Below, piece after piece: positions 14,665 to 25,666 of a stretch of DNA of 64,000 nucleotides. A program made the translations under genes and the position numbers. The DNA is taken from assembly GCA_963779615.1 (NCBI GenBank), contig CAVZZA010000005.1, forward strand, positions 352,001-416,000, read 5' to 3'. Every line of letters starts with the position of its first letter. The stretch's first letter is position 1. The notes beneath the pieces were generated by a model, which was given only the letters and a program-made list of their open reading frames with translations, was not told where the DNA came from and did not search any database. The stretch is from an uncultured Nitrososphaeraceae archaeon. Lineage in GTDB: Archaea > Thermoproteota > Nitrososphaeria > Nitrososphaerales > Nitrososphaeraceae.

Positions 14665-14733
14665 ATTGTGATATTCAGTTGTACTTTTATGTATATATAG
14701 GAAGTGAGTTTCCTGATACTGCAAAACATATCT
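14665..14733 (-). promoter_or_regulatory. Conserved promoter block, copy 3
   Basis: Same block with CTATATAT as the TATA box. Confidence 0.65.
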
Positions 14734-14966
14734 ATTTAATCGACATAGAAAAAACTACAGATATGTTGGTAAAATAATTGCACTGTAATTAGCGCAGGCG
14801 TAAGTAGTTTATTGCGCTTCCAAAATTGTTGTGTTTATAGCCCATCAAGGGATATACATAATAATTAAAATCAAAAATTAAAAAAGACAGGTATCTATAA
14901 AAAGAATATTGTTGCAACAGCAAAAAGCTGCCAAGTGTTTTTTTGTGGCTATAAAATACTTTTTAG

Positions 14967-15257
14967 TTATCCACCAATTCCACCAATGAGGCCAAGATCT
15001 AAGCCCAGTTCACAGGCTGCAAGCTTGAAGGTTAGACAGTTGCTTTGGTCATTTGGTGCCTCATTGTCAAATCCACTGATAATTGGCTTGTTCGAATTCT
15101 TGAACTTGAGGTTGGTGTTCCCGTCGCCTGAAACGCCGTCTTTGTCCTTGTGTTTGTCGCCTGACGCGTATGAAGGTGCTGCAATCAATGAGCCTGTTAC
15201 CAAGACTGATGCTGCGAATATGGCGATTATACTTAAACTTGTTTTTGAACTAATCAT
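14967..15257 (-). CDS. Small secreted protein, cassette copy 4 (96 aa, Cx7C plus Gly/Leu tail)
   Basis: Same signal peptide and linker; NDQSNCLTFKLAACELGLDLGLIGGIGG. Confidence 0.8.
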   Translation of the reverse strand: MISSKTSLSIIAIFAASVLVTGSLIAAPSYASGDKHKDKDGVSGDGNTNLKFKNSNKPIISGFDNEAPNDQSNCLTFKLAACELGLDLGLIGGIGG

Positions 15258-15324
15258 ATTGTGATATTCAGGTATACTTTTATGCATATATAAGGTGAGT
15301 TTCCTGATACTGCAAAACATATCT
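15258..15324 (-). promoter_or_regulatory. Conserved promoter block, copy 4
   Basis: Identical to 13917-13983. Confidence 0.7.
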
Positions 15325-15850
15325 ATTAGATTAGCATGGAAAAAAATTTCAGATAAAATGTTGACAATAACTTTATTTTTATAATTAAAACTAATTTGTA
15401 TTACAAATTCTGTCAGTCATTGTTATATAAAAAAAGATTGAGACAACGTTTTTTAGTGACTTTGAAAAACCTGGTCTATAACTATATGTGACACATCAGT
15501 TTAATACAGAGTAACGTTTTCTTATCATATGGCTAATGATTAAACATAACCAATTTAGGAAAGTTTACTTCATGATAAGATGGATTTCCGGATCCAAATC
15601 ATAATTAAAGCAAATATTATAGAATGTATTTAAACTACAGAATTACATAAAAAGGTTTTTGAAGACACCTATCTTCACTAACGACAGATGATTACATTTT
15701 TTCAATGTTACCAATGATGGGTTTGGTCTCAATCATAACCTTCGTGTTGTCATGGTGACATAGCAAAACCTGTTCCTTTGACATCCCCATACAGTAATTC
15801 AAATATGAGATCAAGGCGACTCAATCTTACTCTGGGAAAAACCGGTAAGA

Positions 15851-16306
15851 TCACTTGCATTCATCACTTCCATGTTTGCAAAAGGCCTTCACACCTAGTC
15901 CCAATACACTGGCCGCAATTGGTGCAACAATCATAGTAGAGCTTGTTGGAAGTTTTAATTGGCTCATTATCATGGTCACAATGGATGTTCCTGAAGGGTT
16001 CGTTTCCGTTTCAATTTTCTTGCGGATTGTACCATTTGGATTACACAACTCTTCATGCAAAACGTCAGCATATGCAATCCAAATTGACCTGCCATCAGGA
16101 TAAGTTCGATTATATACTAGATCCACCTCGTACAAACTAGGCATAACCAAATCCAAATCACCGCCGGATCTTCGATAATTTATTAGAATTTCCTCAAGTT
16201 TATAGTAGATTGCACTCAAGTTACCATTAGAATTACGAACCTTAAGTGCAAGTTGTTCAGCAAGCTCGCCTGCCTTCTCAATGTCAGATTGAATCAATTT
16301 AATCAC
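15851..16306 (-). CDS. Hypothetical protein
   Basis: 151-aa ORF with protein-like composition; C-terminal APIAASVLGLGVKAFC. Confidence 0.6.
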   Translation of the reverse strand: MIKLIQSDIEKAGELAEQLALKVRNSNGNLSAIYYKLEEILINYRRSGGDLDLVMPSLYEVDLVYNRTYPDGRSIWIAYADVLHEELCNPNGTIRKKIETETNPSGTSIVTMIMSQLKLPTSSTMIVAPIAASVLGLGVKAFCKHGSDECK

Positions 16307-16959
16307 ATTTTACAACGGACAAACCGTTTATTGTTATTATCCCCCTTACAGCGAATTTAACATGTTTTATCATAATATCTCAATAAAAAGGATATTCTTA
16401 AATTTTTCATAGAAAATACATATCAATAGCTAAAATTTTTTTAATTTATCTCTATGCCTTTCAGGAAATGACATAAGTGATAAAAAATAAAAAAAGGGAG
16501 GAGTATTTAAAAAGGTAGTTTATGGTTGAAGCCTTCTATACCATGCACAATAAAATCTAGGTCCAACAAGCCCAAAAAATTTCCCCTATAATCTCGACAC
16601 TACAGAAAAAATTGTGGCAGGATATATAAAAAATCTTTATCACTCCGCATTGCTACAGACAAAGGCAAAGAAAACCTATGCAATTTTACCGGGCATAAAA
16701 ACATAGAGCAGCAATATCGTGCTAAATCAACAACCACAACAACAATGACCATAACGGGTTTCATTCGAAGAAAAATTACAAAATACAGCAAACAAAAACT
16801 ATAATAGATTATTTTTTTGAGTAAAACAATACCTTACTGCAACATAGTCTCTTTTTATGAGAATAATTCTAACGCTTTCTTAATTTGAGGGGATTTGGTT
16901 CGACATGCATTAACACATGGTAATAATATCCTGATTAAACGAGTTCTGTTACTGTAGGT

Positions 16960-17120
16960 GATACTGACTGGAATGACACAGTGGGAAAAAAAGCTGGCGG
17001 ATTAGGTGATGAGGATCTTTGAAAGGCCCAAGAAATACATGGGGATATTGTTGCAACAAATCCCGATTCACCGGTAAAGCCGGATATTGTTCTTAAAAGT
17101 CTCTCGATTAAGCAAGGAAT
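16960..17120 (+). pseudogene. Remnant of a small PRC-barrel-like Nitrososphaeraceae protein
   Basis: DWNDTVGKKAGGLGDEDL*KAQEI resembles the recalled DWNDVIKKEARG.DD.DLGEVQEV N-terminus; has an internal stop. Confidence 0.35.
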
Positions 17121-17452
17121 AACTGACACACCATTAGAGTGTCAGTTAATTTAGATGGCAATTACTTTTAATGGCTTACTGTAATAGGCTAGAATCGGTT
17201 TGAGACGGAATAACGATTGACGTGGGAACGAGCACCCTCAGAGCACCTATCGCGTGTTATGAAGTGGGCCTTAATTTTGCGACAGACGACATTTTTTTCC
17301 CTTGCAGCCTCAAAGTAGATAGACAAATGCTGTAAATACCGTGGCAGTCAGATTCTAAAGGTCCTGTGGTACACCGCGTTCATGGTGAACAACTGCAACC
17401 GGTTTATCCATTTTGGATTTTTTAGGCTAAATTTCAGATGGCATTCTTTTTT

Positions 17453-17917
17453 TTAAGTACCTTTATGCAAATACTCGGTATATCGTGGAGGCAGATAAAA
17501 TATCTTTTCAGGTTTTATTTTAAGAATAATCCTCTTTACATTAGGTGAATGAGAAGGATACCTTTCAGCATTAAGGTATCGTCTCGCAAGCTTATCGATG
17601 TGTTCATCAGCACCCTCAGTGGTCTGTTCAACTACCCTTCCCTTAATAGTTACCATACTATAAGGATTGGTTTCATCAACAATTGAGATTGACACTCTAG
17701 GATCTCTTGATACATTTTTTTGCTTTATGCGGTCCTTAGCGGTATTTACCAAAATCATGCCCTCATGGCCGTTTTCATTTTCTATTATATCTATCCACGT
17801 GGGTGTGACGTGTGGTGAACCATTTTTGTTTATAGTGCCCAAAAATGCAAAATTTTTTCCTCTAAAGAATTTAACTATTGGTTCTGTTAGTATATTATTA
17901 TTATTCTCCCTGCTCAT
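17453..17917 (-). CDS. PPOX-class F420-dependent oxidoreductase (pyridoxamine 5'-phosphate oxidase-like)
   Basis: FAFLGTINKNGSPHVTPTW, NTAKDRIKQKNVSRDPRVSISI and HIDKLARRYL motifs. Confidence 0.9.
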   Translation of the reverse strand: MSRENNNNILTEPIVKFFRGKNFAFLGTINKNGSPHVTPTWIDIIENENGHEGMILVNTAKDRIKQKNVSRDPRVSISIVDETNPYSMVTIKGRVVEQTTEGADEHIDKLARRYLNAERYPSHSPNVKRIILKIKPEKIFYLPPRYTEYLHKGT

Positions 17918-18303
17918 GTACTAATACAAAGTACTAATATTTTCTATTGTAGAAATAAACGTTTTTAGGCAAAACAGGTAGTTTCAAGATCATCATAAAA
18001 AATTGAGCCTTGATTCCTTCATAAATGGATTTTTTTCACCCCAACTTGGATAGTTGTGCGAACCCATCTTAAGCCTGATTTGAAAATTCTAAAAGTAAAA
18101 TATAGATACCTTCGTCAGGCCCATAAGTCAGATTTAGGCACTATCAAATTAACAATTTTTTCCCATCAAACATGTAAAATATCATACTAGAACATTGTTG
18201 GGGATTTTATCAAAATTTTTTATAATATTGGCGTTACTTGCTGAACCAAAGTCAATGAAACGTTTAATAAATATATTTTTTTAGCTAAAACTTTAGCAAA
18301 GAT

Positions 18304-18555
18304 TCAAAATTTATACCTAAAGTTCTTTTTCTTTGAGGAAAGCCTCTGGTTTGTACTTTTGGATCCAGTTCCGGCTGGAAACACGGTTTCGTTTGGTAAA
18401 GTACGAGGACAGTATTTGCGAGTCCTTGTTAAAGACAGACCTGCAAAATAAAAACATAATCCATAGCCAATACGCACTGAAGGTGCCCTGTTTCTAGTAA
18501 TCACAATGGAGATAGGCATCTTCAAGCTACAGGATTTAGTTGAGTGAACAGAGCC
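18304..18555 (-). mobile_element. Truncated IS6-family remnant (left end and transposase N-terminus)
   Basis: Minus strand begins GGCTCTGTTCACTCA (IR variant), then RNRAPS..IGYGLCFYFAGLS and, after a frameshift, KRNRVS..NWIQKYKP. Confidence 0.8.
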
Positions 18556-18681
18556 CTAGAAACCGAGATACAACATACATATGATAGCATAGAATATTTC
18601 TAATTCTTAACCAGTTACCATAATTATGTTTTGAAGGAACTTAACTTCAAATCAAATATTTTATATAATGAGACTCACTTA

Positions 18682-18891
18682 ATGGTTTCAATGAATAAGG
18701 CACTTTTTATAGTTGGCTTTCTGGCAATAGCGTTTGCAGGCGCATTTATGATCAGCACCAGTGCTGTACAGGCAGACGAAAAATGTCCTAACAAAAGTAG
18801 CGGCGATACAGCATCAAACTCAAATCCAATTATTTCAACCTCCCTGAATGCTCCATCATCTTCACAATTAGCACCAGGTCAAACAGCATAG
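18682..18891 (+). CDS. Small secreted hypothetical protein
   Basis: Signal peptide (MNKALFIVGFLAIAFAGAFMISTSAVQA) followed by DEKCPNK and a Ser/Thr-rich tail; TATA-like TTTTATAT just upstream. Confidence 0.6.
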   Translation: MVSMNKALFIVGFLAIAFAGAFMISTSAVQADEKCPNKSSGDTASNSNPIISTSLNAPSSSQLAPGQTA

Positions 18892-19237
18892 TCAACAACC
18901 TAACTTTTATTTTCAAAAGTTTTTCTTAAATAGATTAAGTCGTCTTCCCACTATGGCAAACCTATTTTCTATATTTTATTTCCATTGTAGCAGCACCATC
19001 AAGTTTTGGCCGCACCCGCATTCAATAACGCATAAGAACAAGCAAAACATTACCGCCAACATATCCTTTTTGAGCGGTGGATTTAAAACCAACATCACTA
19101 GAATGCATACTATAGCATTATAACGATTATGGTTATATCCAATAATGCCATAGCTTTCATGTCGAGGTAAAATTTAATTCGCTAATCAGCGTTCATCCTA
19201 TTTAAAAGCATATATAAAAGAAAAGGGAAGTAATACA

Positions 19238-19318
19238 ATGGGAATAATTAATAAAATAAAAGAAAAGTTAAAAAAGTCAAATAAAAAAGGTAACAAACAA
19301 GTGACAGAATCAAGGTAA
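19238..19318 (+). CDS. Putative 26-aa cationic microprotein
   Basis: MGIINKIKEKLKKSNKKGNKQVTESR, with TATATAAA at 19211-19218 (leaderless-transcript spacing). Confidence 0.35.
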   Translation: MGIINKIKEKLKKSNKKGNKQVTESR

Positions 19319-19901
19319 CTTTATTGATTCTATTTAGAGGTATTTTATGAAACAATAACCTGTTTCTTATAATAAGATAATTTAAAGAACAGCAAATTTA
19401 AAAACACAGCTTGAGGGATAATAATTTGATCTTTTTTGACTATTTCATAAAGCCTGCCACTTTATCCCAATCTAAAATAATTTTAAGGACAAAGTTAAAA
19501 AATGTGTTTGTGTCATTGGTTTTTTCTGTTTGTTTTGCCTTGGTGCATTCGCAAGCAATAAAAAAAGAATCCAAACAGAAATACCACTATCAATTGAATT
19601 TAACGTCTTGCAAATACTCACCAATCACATCAAAAATATATCCATAGCTAGGGTAAATTCGTAGTGTGTGACATCAGAGGCCCCCATTAAAGCACCGAAA
19701 CCAACCGTGAAATTCGACAAAGGCGAAACCTGAAAAAAGTAGTTGGCACCACCAACAGCGCTGCAAAAACAATGGAAGGAGAAAAAGAAGAGATACAAGC
19801 CGCAGCCATCATCGTCATCAGATAAGCAATATTTTATCAGAACAGCACAAATGTTTAGGTCATTAGCAAAATGTATGACTAACCTCGTTCACTTAATTTT
19901 C

Positions 19902-21545
19902 ATGGTCGAGGGAGAACGACGACAAGGAGAAGAGGAAGAAAATGTTTCAGCAGCATCTGGTTTGAGCCCTTTTAAATACAGCATATACAGGACGCTGTGG
20001 ATTGCAGTCCTCTTTTCATATATTGGGGCAGCTATGTATGATGTCGGGGCGTCGTGGCTAATGACTTCGCTTGCCCCAAATCCTTTGTTGGTTTCTCTCA
20101 TCACAACATCAACTACTCTTCCAATTTTTCTCTTTGCACTGCCATCCGGGGCAATTTCTGACATTTTCGACCGGCGTAACATACTCATTATTACCTGTGC
20201 ATACATGTTTACAATATCCACGGTGTTAGGAATACTCACCCTTGCTGGTATTACTACCCCAGAGGTATTATTGATACTCACTTTTGCTCTGGGAGCAGGT
20301 CTAACTATGATTAGGACACCCATTATTCCTATTATGAGTGGGCTAGTTTCAAGATCAGAACTGCCTGCCGCACTAACCCTTAGTGCAGTTGCTAGTAGCA
20401 TCGGTCGCGTTATAGGCCCCACAGCTGGAGGCATTATTGTGGCAGCAATTGCACCCTGGGCGGTGTTTTTTCTTAATTCAGCTTCCTTTATTGGCATGAT
20501 TATAGTCCTAAGCAAAATGCCAAAAAAGTCAAGTGTCAGCGAACAAAGTGCTCTTCCACAAGAGAACATAATTGGAGCCATTCGGGCTCAGATTCGTTAT
20601 GTACGCTATTCCCGAGCAGCTCATGTGGTAATTGTTCGTTCGGGTTTGTTCGCAATATGTGGAAGTTCACTGTTATCTCTCTTGCCGCTTTTAGCTAAAC
20701 AGGAACTGGGACTTGACTCGATAGGGTTTGGATTGCTCCTAGGATCCTTTGGCATGGGTGCAATAATTAGCGGAATTGCAATATTACCAAAGTTGCGGCC
20801 TAGGGCTTCAGTGGAATCTCTCATCACAGGCTCTATTGGATTGCTCGCTGTTGTAATATTCACAATGGGATATGTCCAAAATTTCGGTATTCTTTGTATG
20901 GTTATGGGCATAGGAGGAGTAGCTTACACCACCATTTTATCAACGCTTTATACTACTGCAATGAAATCTGCACCAAAATGGATCGGAGCCAGAGTATTAG
21001 CAGTTTACCTGCTTATACTAAATGGTGGCTTTGCGGTTGGAAGTGTAGTATGGGGTACAACAGCTTATGTTTTAGGGATTCCAGTTACATTGTCAGTGTC
21101 ATCTGTTGCATTAGCAGCAACTATTATTGTTAGAAAGCGTTACGGGACAACTCTCTTAAATGATCTCAATTTTACCCCAGCAGGCAGTGACTATTGGTCG
21201 CTTCCTCCGCAGCTGTTAGCAAACCCTCTAAAAAGTGATGGACAGGCCCTGATAACAATCGAGTACAGAGTTGAACCTAAATTAACTGATGAGTTTGAGC
21301 AGACAATGCGTCAACTAGGGATTATTCTCAAAAGCGAGGGATTTGCTTATTGGGAATTATTTCAAGATCCGGCGGACAACAGTCGTTACATAGAGATAAG
21401 GATTGCCGAGACTTGGACTGAGCATATGCGTCAGCATGAACGCGTTACCAAGAACATCCAGATCATGGAAGACAAAATCCGAGCGCTTGTCAAAGAGGGA
21501 ACTCAACCAACAATTTCTCACTATATAGGAAAAACCACGATATAA
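19902..21545 (+). CDS. MFS transporter (MFS_3/DUF894 type with C-terminal soluble domain)
   Basis: About 12 TM segments, LPSGAISDIFDRR motif A, C-terminal ITIEYRV...WELFQDP...ETWTEHMRQHER. Start at ATG 19902 is inferred. Confidence 0.88.
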   Translation: MVEGERRQGEEEENVSAASGLSPFKYSIYRTLWIAVLFSYIGAAMYDVGASWLMTSLAPNPLLVSLITTSTTLPIFLFALPSGAISDIFDRRNILIITCAYMFTISTVLGILTLAGITTPEVLLILTFALGAGLTMIRTPIIPIMSGLVSRSELPAALTLSAVASSIGRVIGPTAGGIIVAAIAPWAVFFLNSASFIGMIIVLSKMPKKSSVSEQSALPQENIIGAIRAQIRYVRYSRAAHVVIVRSGLFAICGSSLLSLLPLLAKQELGLDSIGFGLLLGSFGMGAIISGIAILPKLRPRASVESLITGSIGLLAVVIFTMGYVQNFGILCMVMGIGGVAYTTILSTLYTTAMKSAPKWIGARVLAVYLLILNGGFAVGSVVWGTTAYVLGIPVTLSVSSVALAATIIVRKRYGTTLLNDLNFTPAGSDYWSLPPQLLANPLKSDGQALITIEYRVEPKLTDEFEQTMRQLGIILKSEGFAYWELFQDPADNSRYIEIRIAETWTEHMRQHERVTKNIQIMEDKIRALVKEGTQPTISHYIGKTTI

Positions 21546-22151
21546 AGATGGCAGAAAAATTGCGCAATCAGAGCCTTAGCAGTGATCAGATGTCACAAGA
21601 ATTGAAAGCAAGCCATTAAGCATACACAAAAGAGAAATTTTGCCTTGATAAACTTGCCTTGGATATTGTCAAACATTCTAAAAACAGATAAGTGAAAACA
21701 AAAACATACCGATCAAAAGGAACAATACTCCCAATGCCGATATTATCATAGATACGGATGTAAGCAGAATTCATCAAGTTCTCTCCAATTTGATTAATAG
21801 TTCAATCAAATTTATCAAAAAAGAGGGAACCACACCTGTCGATGCAAGTTAAAAAGAAAAACGATTAGCGGCAGCAAAGGTGTAATTGTTGTCAGTTTCA
21901 CCGCGACTGGCATAGGAATTGATGTTGAAATAACCGAGATTATTTAATAAAGTCATTACAAATTCCTTTCAAGGAACAGGATTGGAGGTATTTTTATCTC
22001 GAGAGGTATTTTTGCATCTCATGGCGGAAACGTGGGCTGAAAACAATAAGGATGGCATAGGAACAACACTCTCGTTTAGTTTGCCTTTAAAAGCATAATA
22101 TAAATTTCCATAGCAGTTAAAAATCTCTTATCCTCTTGCCGCAAGTGGTTG

Positions 22152-22574
22152 CTATGTGCCTACCTGTTTGTCTTCTCGTTCCTGGTGCTCAAGTGACGCG
22201 GAATTAATGCAATACCTCAAGCCAGTGGGCTTTGGCCCATCTTCAAACACATGACCAAGGTGTGCACCACACCTGTTGCAGTTGGCCTCAACACGCCTCA
22301 TAAAATAACTGTTGTCTGCCTCTTCTTTGATGTTTTCGTCTCTTATCGGGGCATAGAAACTTGGCCATCCGGTGCCAGAGTCAAACTTTGCGTTAGAGCT
22401 AAACAAATCGTTTCCGCAGACCACGCACCTGTAGACCCCGGGCTTTTTGTAGTCATTGTACTTGCCGGTGAAAGCCATCTCGGTGCCTTTGTTGACACAC
22501 ACCTCGTACTGCTCGGGGGTAAGCTTTTGCTTTAGTTCCTCTTTGGATATTTTTGGATGATCTTCAGAAGTCAT
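22152..22574 (-). CDS. msrB: Peptide-methionine (R)-S-oxide reductase
   Basis: [40 protein letters not shown] and RYCINS motifs. Confidence 0.96.
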   Translation of the reverse strand: MTSEDHPKISKEELKQKLTPEQYEVCVNKGTEMAFTGKYNDYKKPGVYRCVVCGNDLFSSNAKFDSGTGWPSFYAPIRDENIKEEADNSYFMRRVEANCNRCGAHLGHVFEDGPKPTGLRYCINSASLEHQEREDKQVGT

Positions 22575-22599
22575 GCCACTATAGACTACGCAAAAACAA

Positions 22600-23060
22600 A
22601 TTATAAGTTTACTTGTGTCATCAGGGCCACCCATCGTTGCAAAAAATGTATCGTGTTGGAGGTTTTAGACGCCCTGCCGTCATCTGTTTTTACAATGCGT
22701 GCAACAGGATCCTTCAGTAATAACAATCCTAACCTACGATCATTTGCTGGTTTCACAGGTGGAGCCAATGGCATTGTAAATTTATGTACCTGCAATGTCA
22801 CTGAGGATTTTTCAACTGATTCACCTGCACAATAAAACCAGTACAGCACTTTGGTGAAGATTGCGGAAGCAGCAGTATAAACACAGATGGGGAAAACAAA
22901 AAATGCATTGCATTAAACGAATATGAACCAAAGCAGCATATGTCTTTCTAAAGAAATGGGGATCTTTGCAACTTGTAATGGACAGTAATACTCTATGAGG
23001 TATTGCAGTAAATCCAACTTCTGGTCAAGTCATTGTAGATGACAGAGGCAATAACATCAC
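22600..23060 (+). pseudogene. Decayed fragments of a surface protein (Ig-like repeat and NHL repeat)
   Basis: PSSVFTMRATG..NNPN.RSFAG...NVTE, then KKWGS and GIAVNPTSGQVIVDDRGNN pieces in broken frames. Confidence 0.35.
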
Positions 23061-23374
23061 CATTAGTTGTGGGGATAACCACCCGACGACAATGCAGTCA
23101 GATGCCTTAAAGGTAAAAGTTCACTCAAAAGGCTCCTAACATCTGCTCTCAATCCGCTCTTTGCCAACAATATAGCACAGGGGTTTTATTTGTTTATTTT
23201 ATACCCCAAACTTGTGGAGGAAAAAAGTTTCCATGTTCCTGGTAACGTGTGTGCTATTCTATTTTGTTTTGTTTTATTTTCCAGCAAACGTGCAAAGTCA
23301 CTGGTCAAAATAAGGTTATGACCAAGGATCATAATAATATATCAAAAAAGGTCAATAACAGACGGTAACAACTC

Positions 23375-24874
23375 TTGGACGAAAATTTTAAGTTGAAAGG
23401 CAAAAGATACAAAGCGTTTCCTCCCGGACCTGTTCAGACAACTCCATACAGTTTGGCTTTAAAATTCATATCTAATCCTTTACCAATACTTGTCGAAATT
23501 GTCAACAAATATGGTGACATTTCACACTTTAAGTTTGGACCAAGACTACACGTTTATTTGATAAACAATCCTTACTGTATTGAAGACATACTGGTAAAGC
23601 ATAGCAGTAGTTTCATTAAAAGCCCAGGGCTACGCTTGGCTAAACGCGTACTTGGGAATGGATTGATAACAAGTGAAGGAGAAATGCATGATGTTCAAAG
23701 AAGAATCGTTCAGCCAGCTTTCAATAGAGATAAAATAAACCCATATGGAAAAATCATTTTAGAGCATTGCTTTGAATACATAGATAGCCACTGGAAAGAT
23801 GGAATGATATTAAACATCCATAAAGAGATGACCAAACTATCACTTTCCATAATCAGCAAGATACTTTTTGGCAGCAATTCACTCACAATATCAGATATTG
23901 ATAAAATAAGCAATTCCATCACTGCAATTATTGAATACATAAACAAACTGCGGATACCGTTCCTAAGGTTTATCCACATACTGCCATTGCCATCCACCAT
24001 AAAATACAGGCAAGCGTTGAGGGGACTAGACAGTGTTATCTATGACAAAATTATTGAGCGAAGAAAAACAATAGAGGGCATGTCAAGGAGCATCGGCAAT
24101 CCCCCATCAGAAAAGGTGAATGAACCATTCAAACAGAGTTATGCGGACATGCTTTCAATTCTGATTGAATCAACAGACGATAAAAACATAGAGGGCAAAA
24201 AATACGCACCAACAAATGAAACAGCATTAAAGATGACCAACAAGCAGCTGAGGGATGAAGTAATGACAATATTTTTGGCAGGCCATGAGACCACTGCCAA
24301 TGCCCTAACTTGGGCATTCTTTCTTGTATCCCAGCATCCAGAAGTTGAATCCAAAATCATGGATGAAATTGCTTCAGTGGTTGGAACAGAGAAAAACAAC
24401 CATAAAAAAATCACGTTTGAGGATGTGCCAAAACTAAAGTACACAGAAAAGGTTTTAATGGAATCCATGCGCCTTTATCCGCCATCATGGGCCATAGGCC
24501 GACAGGCCATAAAAGACTATGAAATTGATAACAGGTATGTTATACCGTCAGGATCAGTCATAATTATGAGCCAATATCTTATGCACCGTGATGCCCGCTA
24601 CTTTTCACAACCTGAGCGATTTTATCCAGAGAGATGGTCTCCAGAATTTAGAGCATCAATTCCCCGGTTTAGCTACTTTCCTTTTGGAGGGGGTTCCCGG
24701 TCATGCATAGGAGAGCCATTAGCGTGGATTGAGGGAGTGATCATACTGGCCACGATTCTCAAAAAATGGAGTGTTACACTCGAGGAAGACGCACAAAACA
24801 TTAAACTTCAGCCTTTGGTTACGCTCCGCCCCAAATGTGGCATAAGGATGAAATTACGCAAGAGACAGCATTAA
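23375..24874 (+). CDS. Cytochrome P450
   Basis: I-helix AGHETT, K-helix ESMR, PERF and heme-binding [10 protein letters not shown] motifs. Confidence 0.96.
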   Translation: MDENFKLKGKRYKAFPPGPVQTTPYSLALKFISNPLPILVEIVNKYGDISHFKFGPRLHVYLINNPYCIEDILVKHSSSFIKSPGLRLAKRVLGNGLITSEGEMHDVQRRIVQPAFNRDKINPYGKIILEHCFEYIDSHWKDGMILNIHKEMTKLSLSIISKILFGSNSLTISDIDKISNSITAIIEYINKLRIPFLRFIHILPLPSTIKYRQALRGLDSVIYDKIIERRKTIEGMSRSIGNPPSEKVNEPFKQSYADMLSILIESTDDKNIEGKKYAPTNETALKMTNKQLRDEVMTIFLAGHETTANALTWAFFLVSQHPEVESKIMDEIASVVGTEKNNHKKITFEDVPKLKYTEKVLMESMRLYPPSWAIGRQAIKDYEIDNRYVIPSGSVIIMSQYLMHRDARYFSQPERFYPERWSPEFRASIPRFSYFPFGGGSRSCIGEPLAWIEGVIILATILKKWSVTLEEDAQNIKLQPLVTLRPKCGIRMKLRKRQH

Positions 24875-25116
24875 TCGCATAATGCAACACATAAGGCATT
24901 TTATAATCGGTTAGTTGTCACAACCTGAAGGAAATTCAACAATACTTCCATCATAAACGATCGTTTGCGAAGGGATTCATTGGGTTGGGGCTGTTAACAG
25001 TATTCTTGAATGGATACCATATAAACATAAATTACATTTAAAAAAGGTTGAGTAATTTATAGTTTAAAAACAGTTGCAACTACAGAAAATAAAGAGGCGG
25101 CAGTGCCTTTACGGAT

Positions 25117-25566
25117 TTATATAAAAAATTTGACCTCCAGGGTATCAAAGTCTGTCCAAATGTTGTACCCTGTGAACACAAACACGTGAAAATGCAGGTG
25201 TGGGACATATGTGTAGCCTGTCATGCCAACCCTGGCTATCATTTGGCCTGCGCGCACCTGTTGGCCCACCCTTACCCTTGCGCTGCCGTATTCAAGGTGG
25301 TCGTATCGCGAGTGTTCTCCGTTTGGGTGCACAATTGTGATAAAGTTGGTGTAACTCCAATAGGATGGACTAGGACCCCCAACATTGCAGTCATCCTGGA
25401 CAAAGGCCACCACCCCATCTGCCGCGGCAAGTACAGGGGTGTTTTGTGGAGCAATCAGGTCAACTGCATTCCTTAGGCTGCCAAAATGCAATGGAGAGGA
25501 GGTCCTGTCTATCCTTAGCAGAAGGTCCTTTGGCACCGGTATTGCATAATTGTTTAAGGTAATCAC
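25117..25566 (-). CDS. M23 family metallopeptidase (stand-alone catalytic domain)
   Basis: AVDL..P..TPVLAAADGVV, YDHL, VRVGQQVRAGQ.I..VG.TG and PHLHF motifs. Confidence 0.88.
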   Translation of the reverse strand: MITLNNYAIPVPKDLLLRIDRTSSPLHFGSLRNAVDLIAPQNTPVLAAADGVVAFVQDDCNVGGPSPSYWSYTNFITIVHPNGEHSRYDHLEYGSARVRVGQQVRAGQMIARVGMTGYTYVPHLHFHVFVFTGYNIWTDFDTLEVKFFI

Positions 25567-25666
25567 TAAAAATATACGCCGCCTTTTGCACTAGTTTGGT
25601 TTGTCAACAAGCCACCATAAAGGTAATGGGCAATGATTGGCTGAACCTTTTTGGGGTTCTGGCTAT

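Noticed and set aside
12650-15320. N-terminal extensions of the four cassette ORFs in the ORF track
   Set aside because: The shared upstream sequence holds a TATA box, and an indel in copy 3 changes its frame, so it is promoter rather than coding sequence.
12404-15324. Diversity-generating retroelement or RiPP cluster explanation for the cassette array
   Set aside because: No reverse transcriptase, no evident template/variable repeat pair with adenine-specific changes, and no modifying enzyme or dedicated exporter nearby.
19743-19901. N-terminal extension of the MFS ORF
   Set aside because: TTG start and non-MFS-like sequence; ATG 19902 fits the family better.
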